64,000 bases of DNA, from assembly GCA_001687465.1 (NCBI GenBank), contig LVLI01000587.1, positions 1 to 64,000 of the forward strand. Reading direction: 5' to 3'. This DNA is from Halocafeteria seosinensis. Its lineage: Eukaryota. The notes under the pieces are model-generated. The model did not search any database, was not told the origin of the DNA, and saw only the letters and a program-made list of their open reading frames with translations. Made by a program: the position numbers and the translations under genes. Shown here one piece after another: positions 47,416 to 58,449 of the stretch. The stretch's first letter is position 1, and each line of letters begins with the position of its first letter.

Positions 47416-49013
47416 ATGGCGAAACCCGTGTCTTCCTGGCTCTGTCTGGTTCTAAGCATTTTGCAATATTCTACCTTGTCTTGTACAGCAGATTTGCGCT
47501 CTTGCATCATTGGGAAAGGAATCATGTTTGAGCTATATCCCGGACGAAAACCTGTTCAAAGTTAACTGTAGTATTTTTGGCATACCACGAACAAGGCTAC
47601 GCTAACTGGGAGTCCGTCTCCCTCGGGCCGAATGAGGCGGCTGCTCCGACAATATCATTGACCTAGATGGTATTTTCAACTTCCAAGGCATCATTCAGAT
47701 AGAAGGAGTTGGATCCTTCGCTGAAGCGCCCATGACCCAAAACGTGTGCGCTAAGAATGGAGCACTTGACTGGAACGCTGGATTCATTGTTCAGCAACGC
47801 GCGCGTTTCTTTAAGGTAGACTCGTGTAGCAGCTCAGGAACTATCGTCTCAGGAAACGGCGGGGGCATTACCGGCCGACAAGTTGGTCGTAAGCATGGTC
47901 GAGTTGAGATCTCAAATTCACATTCCACAGGTGCATAAGGGGCCGAGGAACCGGAGGTGTTACCCGCTACAACCTAGGAGAGGATCACGGAATAGTTCAC
48001 ATCACGAACTGCTATACCACCGGGAACATTGAAGCTCAGGGGGCAGGCGGTATTGTAGGGAATAATGCAGGCTATGATAATGGAGCGGTGCACATTATCC
48101 AATCTTACTCAACCGGAAATATCATAGAAGGTGCTGATTCTAGTGGCGGTATTATAGGCTCTGGTGTCGGAGCTTCAAACGGAATTGTAACTGTAAGAGA
48201 ATGCTATAGTACTGGCAAAATAGCCGCACAAAACAGCGGTTGGAAATATGGTAGTCTGGACAACGACGGGGAGGTGCATATTACAGATAGTTATTCCCGA
48301 GGCAACTTTACTGGTGACAAAGCAGGAGGTATCGGCGGAAATGCAGGTAAAGCAAGCGTATACACCATTAACTCTTATACTGCCGGTGCGGTTACAGGGA
48401 TGGATGCAGGCGAAATCATTGGAAGTATTTCTGGGGATACAAGGAAGATCGTTCACGTGAGGTATTCGGTGCATAATGGTCCACCCTTAGTCGGAGGTGG
48501 GGCGAACAAGCTCTCAAAGTCATCTATGGGGAACTCGGCAAGCTTGGAGAGGATTCGTTACAACTTATATAGCTTCGACGGATTGCAAACGTGGTTGGAG
48601 AGGGTGTGGTCTGGACATGAAGGTGTTGGCGACTCAGCGTTGACGTTGCTGCAATATCAGATATCCCAAGCTCTTCAAACCAACCCTTCGCCCACGAGCA
48701 CAGCAATACCCACCCGACAAAATCAGGCTTTGGAGTCCTCTTCTCCTACGGGGACCCCACTAGATTCCCAAATTGCTTCTACTTCACCATCGTACTCTGC
48801 CCTATGGTCGAGGCTCCTGTGACTGGGTCACCTCCGTTGCAAATGCCGGCGAGTTCTCCCACCACCAATGCGACTGCTACCCCGGAGAAGGAATCAGTAG
48901 AGACAAGAGCTGTCAAAGGGGCTTCTAGACGTGTACATGATGGGCTTTTACTACTTCCGCTGGTATCCTGCAAAGTGGTGTCTTCGCCGCATGCAGACCT
49001 CACTGGCACTTAG
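47416..49013 (+). pseudogene. Frameshifted GLUG-like surface protein paralog
   Basis: Signal MAKPVSSWLCLVLSILQYSTLSCTA then DLRS. Frameshifts near 47520 (ESCLSY...FKVNCS in another frame), at 47935 (HSTG/IRGRGTGG) and in the S/T tail. GFIVQQRARFFKVDSCSSSG matches the paralogs. Confidence 0.82.
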
Positions 49014-50665
49014 CTTGGACGAATTACATTTCTTGACGTGGTAACTTAACTACCACTGGTAAGTCGTGCCGGTAGTTTTTAGTATTTGAAGGCCGTACGT
49101 TTAGCATGGTACACAGCAACACGGCCATCCTAGGAAACAATATTGACCGACGTCGGTTTTGTGTGGTAAGAAGTGCTTTTGAAAACCATATTCTTTGCAT
49201 CCCGTTCCCCACGATCAGCATCCAGTAAGGATAGGGAACATACCCGTGTGCGCGTGATGCCGTATAACTACTTAAGTTGATACCGGTTATGCTGAACTGG
49301 ACTTGCCTAAGCTTTCCCTACGTTTCCACTCATGTATCCCATGGACATCCATACCTGTTGGTATCAAGCCCTAAATTCATACTCATGGACATAGTTGGAG
49401 CTGATGTTCTACTTTGTTTTGGTTTTTTGGGACTCTTGTACCATAGTGGTGCTGCTTGTTTGGGTCAGGTTCTGTGTCCACTTACTCGTCGATTTCGCTT
49501 CGCCAATCTGCCTTGCTGCAAGCAGGAGATTCCAAGTTCGGGCGGCCACTCGTCGACAGCATGCTAACCAGTTACAATAGTATTGTTACCATCGGAGCCT
49601 GTAGCATCACACGTGTTGTGTGTGTGTTGTTACCTTGAGTACTATTATTCATTATTTGCGTATATTTATATTTGCGTTCATCGTTGCGCCTCTGTGCTTG
49701 GCAATTCTCCTGCGTCCGCTGGAGCAAGCACAAGCGGTATTTTTGAAAGCCGCCGCCCCAATTCGTACGACTAGGCAAGCGATCAACAAAGAAGAAGCAG
49801 CCCAATCCCCGACGGCCACCAGACCAGTGACCACGTCAAGTGGAGGTGGCGAATTCCCAGCATTGCGCCAGAGCGGTTCACGTCGAAATGAGAAAGTGGC
49901 GAAAGAGCCTGTGGGTACGTCATTGCAGGGTGCAATAACGAATCTGAAAGCCTCTATTGCCAAGGAGGGCACAGCAGCAACTACTTCATCGTCGACCGTC
50001 AACCGGTTAGTTGACATCTCCCTGGACATACCGAATTCCGTACCAGATGTGAGAAAGCTTCCTCTTCTTGAAAGTGTGGAAACGTGGGCAGGAACAAAGA
50101 ATGTCAAGTTTCAGGTTCGAAATGTGCCTTATTTCATGAGACTTGTTGCTTTCTCCCCTTTTCGGCTCTGCCCGAAATTCACGCCGCTCAGACACTCACC
50201 CCGTATATCAGAGAAAATAGCTGGATATATACCGCTTTTCCTCGTTCCTGATGTCGTCCAACTCTTTACTGAACTAGACGAACGGGCTCATCATTCCTGC
50301 ACTCTCCAATTCAAAGGGGAAAGCAAGGAGCTTGAGAAATACAGTACATGATACTTCGTACAATGCATCTCTATCCATCACTAGTTCAGCACTGCGCCGT
50401 GCAGTTGGTCTCGTAGTTTGTATATGACCACAGCCTCCCGATGAACCAATACCCGGAGTATTTGTCGTACGGTGTGTCTCATAAGTTCTACAGTAGTGGT
50501 GGCCACGTGGCTCAAAAGTGGAGGTCTCCGCTCGAGTCGCAACTTGAGGTTCTAGCAATCAATGCGACGTGTTCTGAGCAAGAATCTCCTCGTGTTTGCA
50601 AACCAAAAGCAATATGAGGTTGTTACCTATTCCCAGATCCATGTGGCCAGGATGGTAAGAAGAAC

Positions 50666-51425
50666 ATGAAGCTGTTATCATGCAACAAAGCCTTGAAGCA
50701 GATTAAGGAGCAGCTCTGGAAGGCTCTCATTACCTACAAAACCCATAGGGAAGCGGTGGTGGAAGATGTGAAAATTGGTGATCTCCATAAAGCCACACTG
50801 CTGGGACTGTTTATCTATCTCCTCTTGTCGATCCTCACAAACCATGCGTACATGCAAAAGGAAGCGCCAGCGGTCTCCATCAATACTTGGAACGCCGCTG
50901 GTGAGACCATGAACCGCCTCGCCGCGTACCGTAACGGCACTTTGGAACCCCCGTGGTACTGTGATAATTCGGAGGCCGATTATGTATACGGGTCGGATTT
51001 TACTTACTTTGACAATCAGTGAGACTTTAATGCGCCGACGGGAGAAATTTACGAGGAAGGGGACTCGTCCATCACGCTTGTCAGCTACTACCAGGATACC
51101 GCATTGGAGCAAGGAGCAACTGGGAAAAATGGTTTCATTCCAGGTACGTTCATTCTTATGCGGTGGTTCCTCAGTGTTGTAGAAGTTGATTGAGGGCTTC
51201 TACGGGAGCAGATACGGAGTTTATAACACTCTTCTTCTCCCATGCGTTCACATCGTCGCTCGGAGTAGAAGGAGCGAACGTCAGAACTACTATTCAATCA
51301 TCCGAAGGAAGTCAAAAAAAATAAAAAATAAGGACATTTCAAGAAGAAGACGTAGTTTCCATCTCAGTTAGCGAGTTGCTTTTATGGTGGGAGTTAACTT
51401 GGACGAGAGACATGTTAACAGTGCA
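50666..51425 (+). pseudogene. Truncated P2X-like receptor pseudogene, inverted duplicate of 52277-53624
   Basis: ITYKTHRE.VVEDVKIG.LHKATLLG is highly similar to the minus-strand gene and shares the intron position after FIP. It has an in-frame TGA at 51020-51022 (TGT Cys in the paralog), a further stop/frameshift near 51320-51385, and no TM2. Confidence 0.85.
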
Positions 51426-52276
51426 CTTGAGATGCTCAACAAGCTCCTCTAATCACGGGTAATTTCCCGTGTGCCATACATATCAACGGATGACAACTCA
51501 GGGCCCAGTTCAGTTGGTCCGAAAGTGTGTAGCTTGTACACGTGTCCAGAAGCGTCGCGTAGGCAAATCCTTTGAAGTTCATTTTCTGCAGTCTAACCTA
51601 CTGTCTATGGAAACTGTGCTTTACCGAACTCGGCGGTGTTAAAACTCGACCTTCAGTTGTGGTGGTTCTTCTTGTACAAGTACCGATCCGCAACCACCAC
51701 GTCCATTGGCTTTTCGAAAAACGTGGGCGTTGTTCACTGTCAAATAGTTAATGGTGATCAGTGGCCGCATCCGGAGTGCGTCCCTGAAACTACAAGGCGA
51801 CAACGACAAGGAGAACAGAAGTAAAGTGAGTCGAGAACGGAAGTTCAATACCACATGGGAATCCCATTTCGAGAAAACTTAACTAGACTTCTTACGTTTC
51901 TCTTATGGATGTTGCTGGAAACATCATCCGCGCTCTCCAAGTTAGTCTCAGATTGTACGTGTCATAAAAGCATCAAAATCAGTTCCACCGATATACTTGT
52001 ACTGAGAAGTCATGGATTAGAAAAGAGAACCATCGCAAATAAACATTGCTTCCTGCCTAACCGGAGACGAAATCATACTTTCTATATCTTAAGTTGTATA
52101 TATATACATATCACAATTAACTATGACTCAAGTTTTCCATATATGTCTAAACTGTTTGCGCATCCTAGCGTGCTATGCGGAGAAGTGGTGCACTGTAGTC
52201 TTTTCCGTTGGTGTTATATAGCTTCGTAATCGCCGGCAAAAGTCCACAATGAAGGGGAAATGCTAAATGCACTACA

Positions 52277-53624
52277 CTAGTCAAAGGCTTCAGTTTTCCG
52301 ATGAGGATGCACAGGGCTCCGGAGATCTCCGTCCTCATGAGGCATTGGTTCTACGAGATGCGTTTTGTTGACATTCTGTAGTTCAATGGATGCGTTCTGG
52401 ATAGTTGCCCACTGGTCAGCATCAAACATTTTCTTTTGGTGAAACTCTTCGAGAATCCACTTTCCGATCATATCTACAATCACTTTCGTCACTCCAAAGA
52501 TGGCAATACCTACAGCAATATTCATTACAGCAGTAAACGCATCCGGCTTCCCAAGATTCCCCGATGGTAGGAAGGCAACGCTAAGAACTTGGACGTATCG
52601 TTGGAATCGCATTAACTCTCCGTTGACCCTCTTCATTTGGATTCTCTGACCTCTGCTGGTCCACACATTTTCGGCTGCACTGACCCTGACCACCAACTCA
52701 GTGGAAAAATCAAAAGGGCGTTCGCTTCGAAAATTCATGTACTCCATTTCTGCACAAACAGAGGTAGGTACATTTTGATCACTCGTTTAGTACGTCGTTC
52801 TGTTCAGCATTCTCTATACTTACCCATCATGATAGAGACTCCTGTCATCCTCCATAGTGGCCACTGCATACCTGCTGAAGGTGGTTGGCCGCCACTTTTT
52901 GGGTGCCGGTCATCGAGGCTAACTCCTGCCATATCAAGCAACTCTCCCATAGAAATGCCAATGGCTTCGTCCTTTGCAAACTTTTTCTGTCGGCTCCCAT
53001 CTTGAGACTGAACCGTAGTAGGTACGTTAGCACCGCCAACTCCTATTGAAGTGGTGAACGCGTGGGAGAAGTACAAGTTAATGAGCTCCGTGTCTGCAGC
53101 AATCACAAACAATCAGTAGAAAGCTTTCAAATCCCCAAGATGGGCAAAACGACGTCGGGCGAGAGCATACCGGGAATGAAAGCATTGACATTATTTCCTT
53201 CTTCCAGAGGCGTATCCTGGTAGTACGTGACAAACGAGACCGAGTTACCACCTTCATTGTACACATCCCCCATGCTGGCGTTAAAGTCACATTGGTTGTC
53301 GAAATAGGTGAATCCGGGTCCGTACACGTATTGAGTGGCAGAGTTATTACAATACCAAGGTGCTGGTTCCGTTCCACTCCGGTAAGCAGCCCAGTTGGCC
53401 AGAGCGTCTCCTGCTCCGTTCCACGAGTTGATTGATACCGCCGGCGGTTCTTTCTTCATGTAAGCATGGCTGGTGATAATGGAAACTAGTAGGTAGATAA
53501 ATACACCCAAGAGAGTAGCTTTATGCAACACTCCGATTTTGACGTCTTCAACGACCACTTGGCGCTCCGTTTTATAGGTGATCAAGATCTTCCATATCTT
53601 GTTTTTCAGCTCATTCAAGGTCAT
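52277..53624 (-). CDS. P2X-like ATP-gated ion channel (protist type), 3 exons
   Basis: Exons 53624-53171, 53093-52824 and 52749-52277. It has an N-terminal YKT.R.V...D.KIG motif, TM1, an ectodomain, G.LGK.D followed by TM2 (AVMNIAVGIAIFGVTKVIVD), and FHQKK in the YxxxK position. Confidence 0.82.
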
Positions 53625-54620
53625 TTTCCCTCGTAATTCTCACGCTTGCAATGAACCTGAATAGGAGCTGTGTGGTACAATATTGAGATGAGACTCCAAT
53701 TGTTCCTGCTGTTCAGGACGTCTCGGGGCCACAGATGCGTGGTTTTATGGTCTTTTGAGCCCAAAGAACCCGGTACACGCTCTTCGGAATATTCCTGTTG
53801 TTGCTTTACCTTTTGTATGCTACGGAACGTCTTGAATGGCGCTAGAAACTCGCTAATAAGACGTAGGGGAGCCCCCAATATACCCTCTGCACACTGTAGT
53901 TCAGCGTTAATTTCGCCCTCAAAGATGGGATCTCTCTCTCTCAACCCGACTTTCTAAGGAGAGTAACGAGTCCGACCGTGTGCAACAGCAACAACACCAA
54001 CATCTTTTGGGAGGTGGGGTATACTATACAACTATGGGTGAAGAAACTGGGAGTGGTGGCCTCAGGTCGCACGACCCAAAGACGCGGAAAACTTCGAAGA
54101 AATCCCGCCTAAGGCCCTGAACCATAAGTTCCAAATAGGTTTGGTAGAATCGACTCAGAATGTGGTCGAAAGGGTTTTTTGAAGGCAGTGGTGGTGGCAA
54201 TCAATTGTTGTCATCCTCATATCTTATCTTCGACGACTACACATACGGATTGATCCCGAACTACCAACAAGTACCAGGTGCAGGCAGGGGATAAAAATGT
54301 ATAGGAGAAAACTTCTGGGAACAAATATCGGAGAGTATCTGCCGTGGAATCGAACCGCGAAACTCCCCTACACTGTACGTAGTTGGAGAGGAGCATGTAC
54401 GCAAAATGTGAGACTAGATCATCTGATGGGGGACAGTGAAAATTTCCCCGTGAAATCCACCAGTATAAAACCCCACCAGAGACCCCGGGCTGAGCCCCGA
54501 CCACACGGCAGGGTTTCCCGCCCCTTAGCCGTTAAATGGGACGGGTCCATACAGGACAGCCTATGTTTTGTTGGTTTAGAGGCATGCGGTACGAGTTCCA
54601 CTCGGGGTGGTGCGTTCAAA

Positions 54621-57287
54621 ATGCCCCAATCGAGCACGCGAAAGCGCTCTGGGAGCGGTAAGAGCGATACGAGTGACAAAGAAAACAAGCAACAGGAGGA
54701 AGGGTCTGCGACCGAAGCTCAGAAATCCCACCATGACAAACCCGAAGCTATACAGAGTGATACAGGCGAAACCACAGAGCAATCAGCAGCCTCAATGGAG
54801 GAGCATGAGCCACCGCAATATACGCCCAAGGAATTGATGGTGTCGGTTGAAGCACAAGATGCTGCGCGCTCAGTGATTGAGACAGTAATTGACGAGGGCG
54901 CCAATCGACTGTATCGTAAATATTTAGATGAACGAGTGATTCCCTACGCGGCTAAGCGCATTTGCGATGATCTATGGAGGGCAATGGATATGGTCATGAT
55001 ACAGCCGGATCCAGGGGAAAATATGTGGTCCATCGAACCACCTTGGAATGCGCCAACGGCATCGCCCATCAAGAGCGCCGAGGAAGATGTTCGAGGCGCC
55101 TCTGCGTCCTCTTCTAAGAGGGATGATACAGACGCAGTAGAACGAACACCTCACGAAGGTGCTTCCGAAAGTCCGCGCCAGGCGGCTCCCGGAGCGACAG
55201 AGGATCAGGAACGACCGGTATCTCACTCGCTCTCGGCGAAGCACAGTTCAACGGAACACTCAAACGCATTGTTGTCACACGGTAACAGGAGTAGGAGTGA
55301 GGAAGAATTTGATCGACAAAGAGCTCTAGAAGAGTTTGAAAAGAACTACCCGGGTCTCAAAGATCAGCCTTCATTAATGGGGACGTGTGAAGAACCTCCC
55401 AAACCGGAGCAGGTAGATACATGGGCAAGGAACGCCATTCCAGTCAAACCAAAGCGTCCTGTAAAGCAGGAACGACGGCTTCCCTCAGGGAAAAGTTCGC
55501 GAACTGCAAAGTCTTTGAGGAGCAGCCGTCGCAGACTTTCAAGTGATAAGGGCTCCAGTAAAGCTTCAAGTGCTCATGGTTCGGAACGCCGAAAAAGCTC
55601 AGAGCAGAAACAAGCATCACAACCCAAGGTCATCGATTTGGACGACCCTGCTTCACAGATAGCAGTAATGGATGAGCTCGCCCGAGTCAGTACCGCTGAT
55701 GCAGAACTTCTGCAGCGTAGGCTCGGAATACCCGACAGGCCCAACACGAACGAAGGCCATCGGAAAGACAGTTCATCTATGAATGAAGACCAGCTGCGTC
55801 TGCGAGAGGCAACTCTTGCTTCGATGCGGAGTAACACAGGAAGACAAAGTGACAGAGACTCTTCAGCAGGAGATAAAACAAGAAGGGGAAGCGGTCGTGT
55901 CGGGAAGAAGAAAGGAGACAAATCCAGTAAAGCGTCCAATGTGCAGCCCAACGCCAGCCGACTTCCTGAAGCCCCATCAAACGCCGACTTCCGTATATCA
56001 CAGGGTACGAAATTAAAGCGGCACTATAAATCCAGCGGCAGCTCCGAGGCTGACAGCCAACCAGATAGAAACAGAGCAGAATCGTCGTACCAATCAGTGA
56101 AAGGGGGCCACGTAGAGTTCGATGTTGGCACTCAGGGATATGAAAAAGGACCGGGGAAGGGTGCTAAGTCCAGAGGAATACTAGAGCAGTACAAGTTGAA
56201 GCAGCAAACTGCAGAGGGACGTAGTAGCGAGCAAGAGTATTATCAGCCGCCGAATCAACCTGTTATGAATCTATCGAAGAGCAGTGTGACCGTTGGTCAG
56301 GGAGTGACCATTCGCGAAGGCAAGAAGACTCGTAGTGGACCTAAACGGAAGAAAACTCAAGCTTCTGCTACAGGAAAACCATCAGCTGATAGTGGTAAAC
56401 ATACGTCCAAAATTTCGTATATCTGCGAAAGGAACCCGGAGTTACGCCAATCTATGAAGGACATGAGGCGAGGTTCGCTGAGAAGAGGAAGTCGTGATGA
56501 TGAGGGTCAAGGGAGTGTCGACTCTGAGACTCATGTTCCCATCTCACAGGAGGATGGGGAACTCGCAATAAATGAGGAACCTTCAGGAGGCCTCAATTCG
56601 TCAACATCTCAACTGGGTGGTGCAGCACAAATAGGACACGAGAGCAGTTACGAGGAGGAGGCGACGCTGCGTAATCCACCGTCTCCCGCTGAACAGGACG
56701 ATGATGGCAATCGCAAAGAAACTGAAGGAGAGCAAGAAGACCATAACGAGCCCCGAGACGCATTTATTGCTGCGGAAGAAAGTTTTGATGAAGAGCATAA
56801 ACACTCACGATCCTGGCACCGGGCGCGTACTGATGGAACTGATTCACATCGACAACGAGAGAGACAGAGCCCAGAGCACGTCCGGGACCGGCATTCCCCC
56901 GGTGCCGAAAGCGACAAATTTATGAGCGAGCAAGTTCATTCGTATGCCAAGGTGCAAAATTCCAAAAGGTCGCTGTTTCAGTACCCTAATGCCTCCAAAT
57001 CTGCTTCTGGGAAGGTAGCAGCCGGTGGATCAAGCGGTTCGTCCACGTTTATGTCTGCTGGAAATATGGCACTCCGTGACTCGCGTTTCTACGGAGGTGA
57101 ATCACATGAGTCTAAAACTAGTATGAGTCATCGAAACGTGTATGGGCTCAGCTGGGAACGTACCAGGCAAAAATCTGGGAAAATGAATATTAACAATGAG
57201 GAAAAAGCATATTCGCTACTGGGATTGTCTCCCTCCCGTCGACGGGGAAGTGGTCCTGAAGCACTTGAGCGATCCAGCCCCCGGTGA
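54621..57287 (+). CDS. Large low-complexity protein with a C2orf81/DUF4639-like motif set
   Basis: LY..YL...VIPYA......L...M.....DPGE..W and EEPP.P..VDTWARNAIPV match my recollection of the C2orf81 conserved block. The remainder is S/R/E-rich and disordered. The start ATG at 54621 is chosen by context; the ORF is open from 54297. Confidence 0.6.
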   Translation: MPQSSTRKRSGSGKSDTSDKENKQQEEGSATEAQKSHHDKPEAIQSDTGETTEQSAASMEEHEPPQYTPKELMVSVEAQDAARSVIETVIDEGANRLYRKYLDERVIPYAAKRICDDLWRAMDMVMIQPDPGENMWSIEPPWNAPTASPIKSAEEDVRGASASSSKRDDTDAVERTPHEGASESPRQAAPGATEDQERPVSHSLSAKHSSTEHSNALLSHGNRSRSEEEFDRQRALEEFEKNYPGLKDQPSLMGTCEEPPKPEQVDTWARNAIPVKPKRPVKQERRLPSGKSSRTAKSLRSSRRRLSSDKGSSKASSAHGSERRKSSEQKQASQPKVIDLDDPASQIAVMDELARVSTADAELLQRRLGIPDRPNTNEGHRKDSSSMNEDQLRLREATLASMRSNTGRQSDRDSSAGDKTRRGSGRVGKKKGDKSSKASNVQPNASRLPEAPSNADFRISQGTKLKRHYKSSGSSEADSQPDRNRAESSYQSVKGGHVEFDVGTQGYEKGPGKGAKSRGILEQYKLKQQTAEGRSSEQEYYQPPNQPVMNLSKSSVTVGQGVTIREGKKTRSGPKRKKTQASATGKPSADSGKHTSKISYICERNPELRQSMKDMRRGSLRRGSRDDEGQGSVDSETHVPISQEDGELAINEEPSGGLNSSTSQLGGAAQIGHESSYEEEATLRNPPSPAEQDDDGNRKETEGEQEDHNEPRDAFIAAEESFDEEHKHSRSWHRARTDGTDSHRQRERQSPEHVRDRHSPGAESDKFMSEQVHSYAKVQNSKRSLFQYPNASKSASGKVAAGGSSGSSTFMSAGNMALRDSRFYGGESHESKTSMSHRNVYGLSWERTRQKSGKMNINNEEKAYSLLGLSPSRRRGSGPEALERSSPR

Positions 57288-58449
57288 AGTACACCGCCAT
57301 GGACTCAAGCAAGGGGAGCTGTCGCTTTAAGATTTGGGCGCTCGTCATGTCCAGTGCCTCCCGTGGACCATGTAAAGACCAATTAATCCCATTATGCGTT
57401 GATGACGTGTTCGGAGCAGTTCATGTGAGAAACACAAGTATATACAGTATGCCCGCTCTGGTAGAGTGCACAGAAGAGTGCGTCTCGCATGCGAGGCTGC
57501 ACCTCCAAGGCGCGAACGCGAGCCTTGAAACTTCTTGTGACACACATTTGGAATGGATTAATACACAACAGTTTACACCATGTAAACACAGAACCATCGT
57601 ACGTTTAGTGGGTTGATTTCATCGGAAGGATCTAGATCCTCTGGATGCAATAGTTTCATGAGCGATAGGATAAATACAATTCTGTAGAAGCCCACCTGAA
57701 TCGTCCTCCCCTTCCAAGTTGGAGCAGGGAATTACCACGTTAACCATTCCAGGAGAACTACCGATGACTGCGAGATGATCGACGGTGGAACATCAGGTCC
57801 AAGCGTCTAAGTGAGAGACTGCAAGCTGAAATCAAATTTATCATTTCGTCTTTTGGAGAAAAAGCCAAGGGCGTACTGTAGCCATCATAGAAAGAGTAGA
57901 GCTCCGCATCTGAAGTTTCTATAAATCGGCGCCTATGAGGATACGATCTGCAGACTGCACTGTCGAGTAGCTTTGAGTGAGCCAGCACGGTAGAGTACGA
58001 ACGGTTCCTGGATTCCTGACATTCGAAGGGTATACTGTATTTTGATACAAATCGCGACACTCACCCGCCGATCTCGAATACGACAAAACGGTCTTTGTAT
58101 TTTTATCCAAAAGTTTGAATACCTGCGTCTCGGTAAATACAGTCTGTTGTATCTATCCATGCCCTCGAAGCAACTTGTCCGTTGAGCAACTTGACCAGTG
58201 CTTTTTTGAATTCCAAACCTTGGAATTTCCAAAGGGCATGCCATGCATGAGTCAATATAACAGGATTGTTTCTCATTCTTTCTCTACCGAGTAGTATATG
58301 AAACAAGACAGGAAAACGTAAACAATACAGCCGTATGCGCCATAGAGCCGAATTCGGAAAGATTGGACCTCTTGCTGAAGTGGTCATTGGATTTGAATCG
58401 GGAAACAACAAAAAGGCTTTTCTTGGGGGCTCCACAGGGGAAAAATACG

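Noticed and set aside
49620..50351. 243-aa ORF upstream of the P2X pseudogene
   Set aside because: No ATG start, recognisable domain or convincing exon chain; could be a gene fragment but unsupported.
51020..51022. TGA aligned to a Cys codon of the P2X paralog (selenocysteine?)
   Set aside because: The copy has further stops and frameshifts and lacks TM2, so it is a pseudogene.
57560..58300. Possible minus-strand gene fragments between the two plus-strand genes
   Set aside because: Frames do not join cleanly and no family is recognisable.
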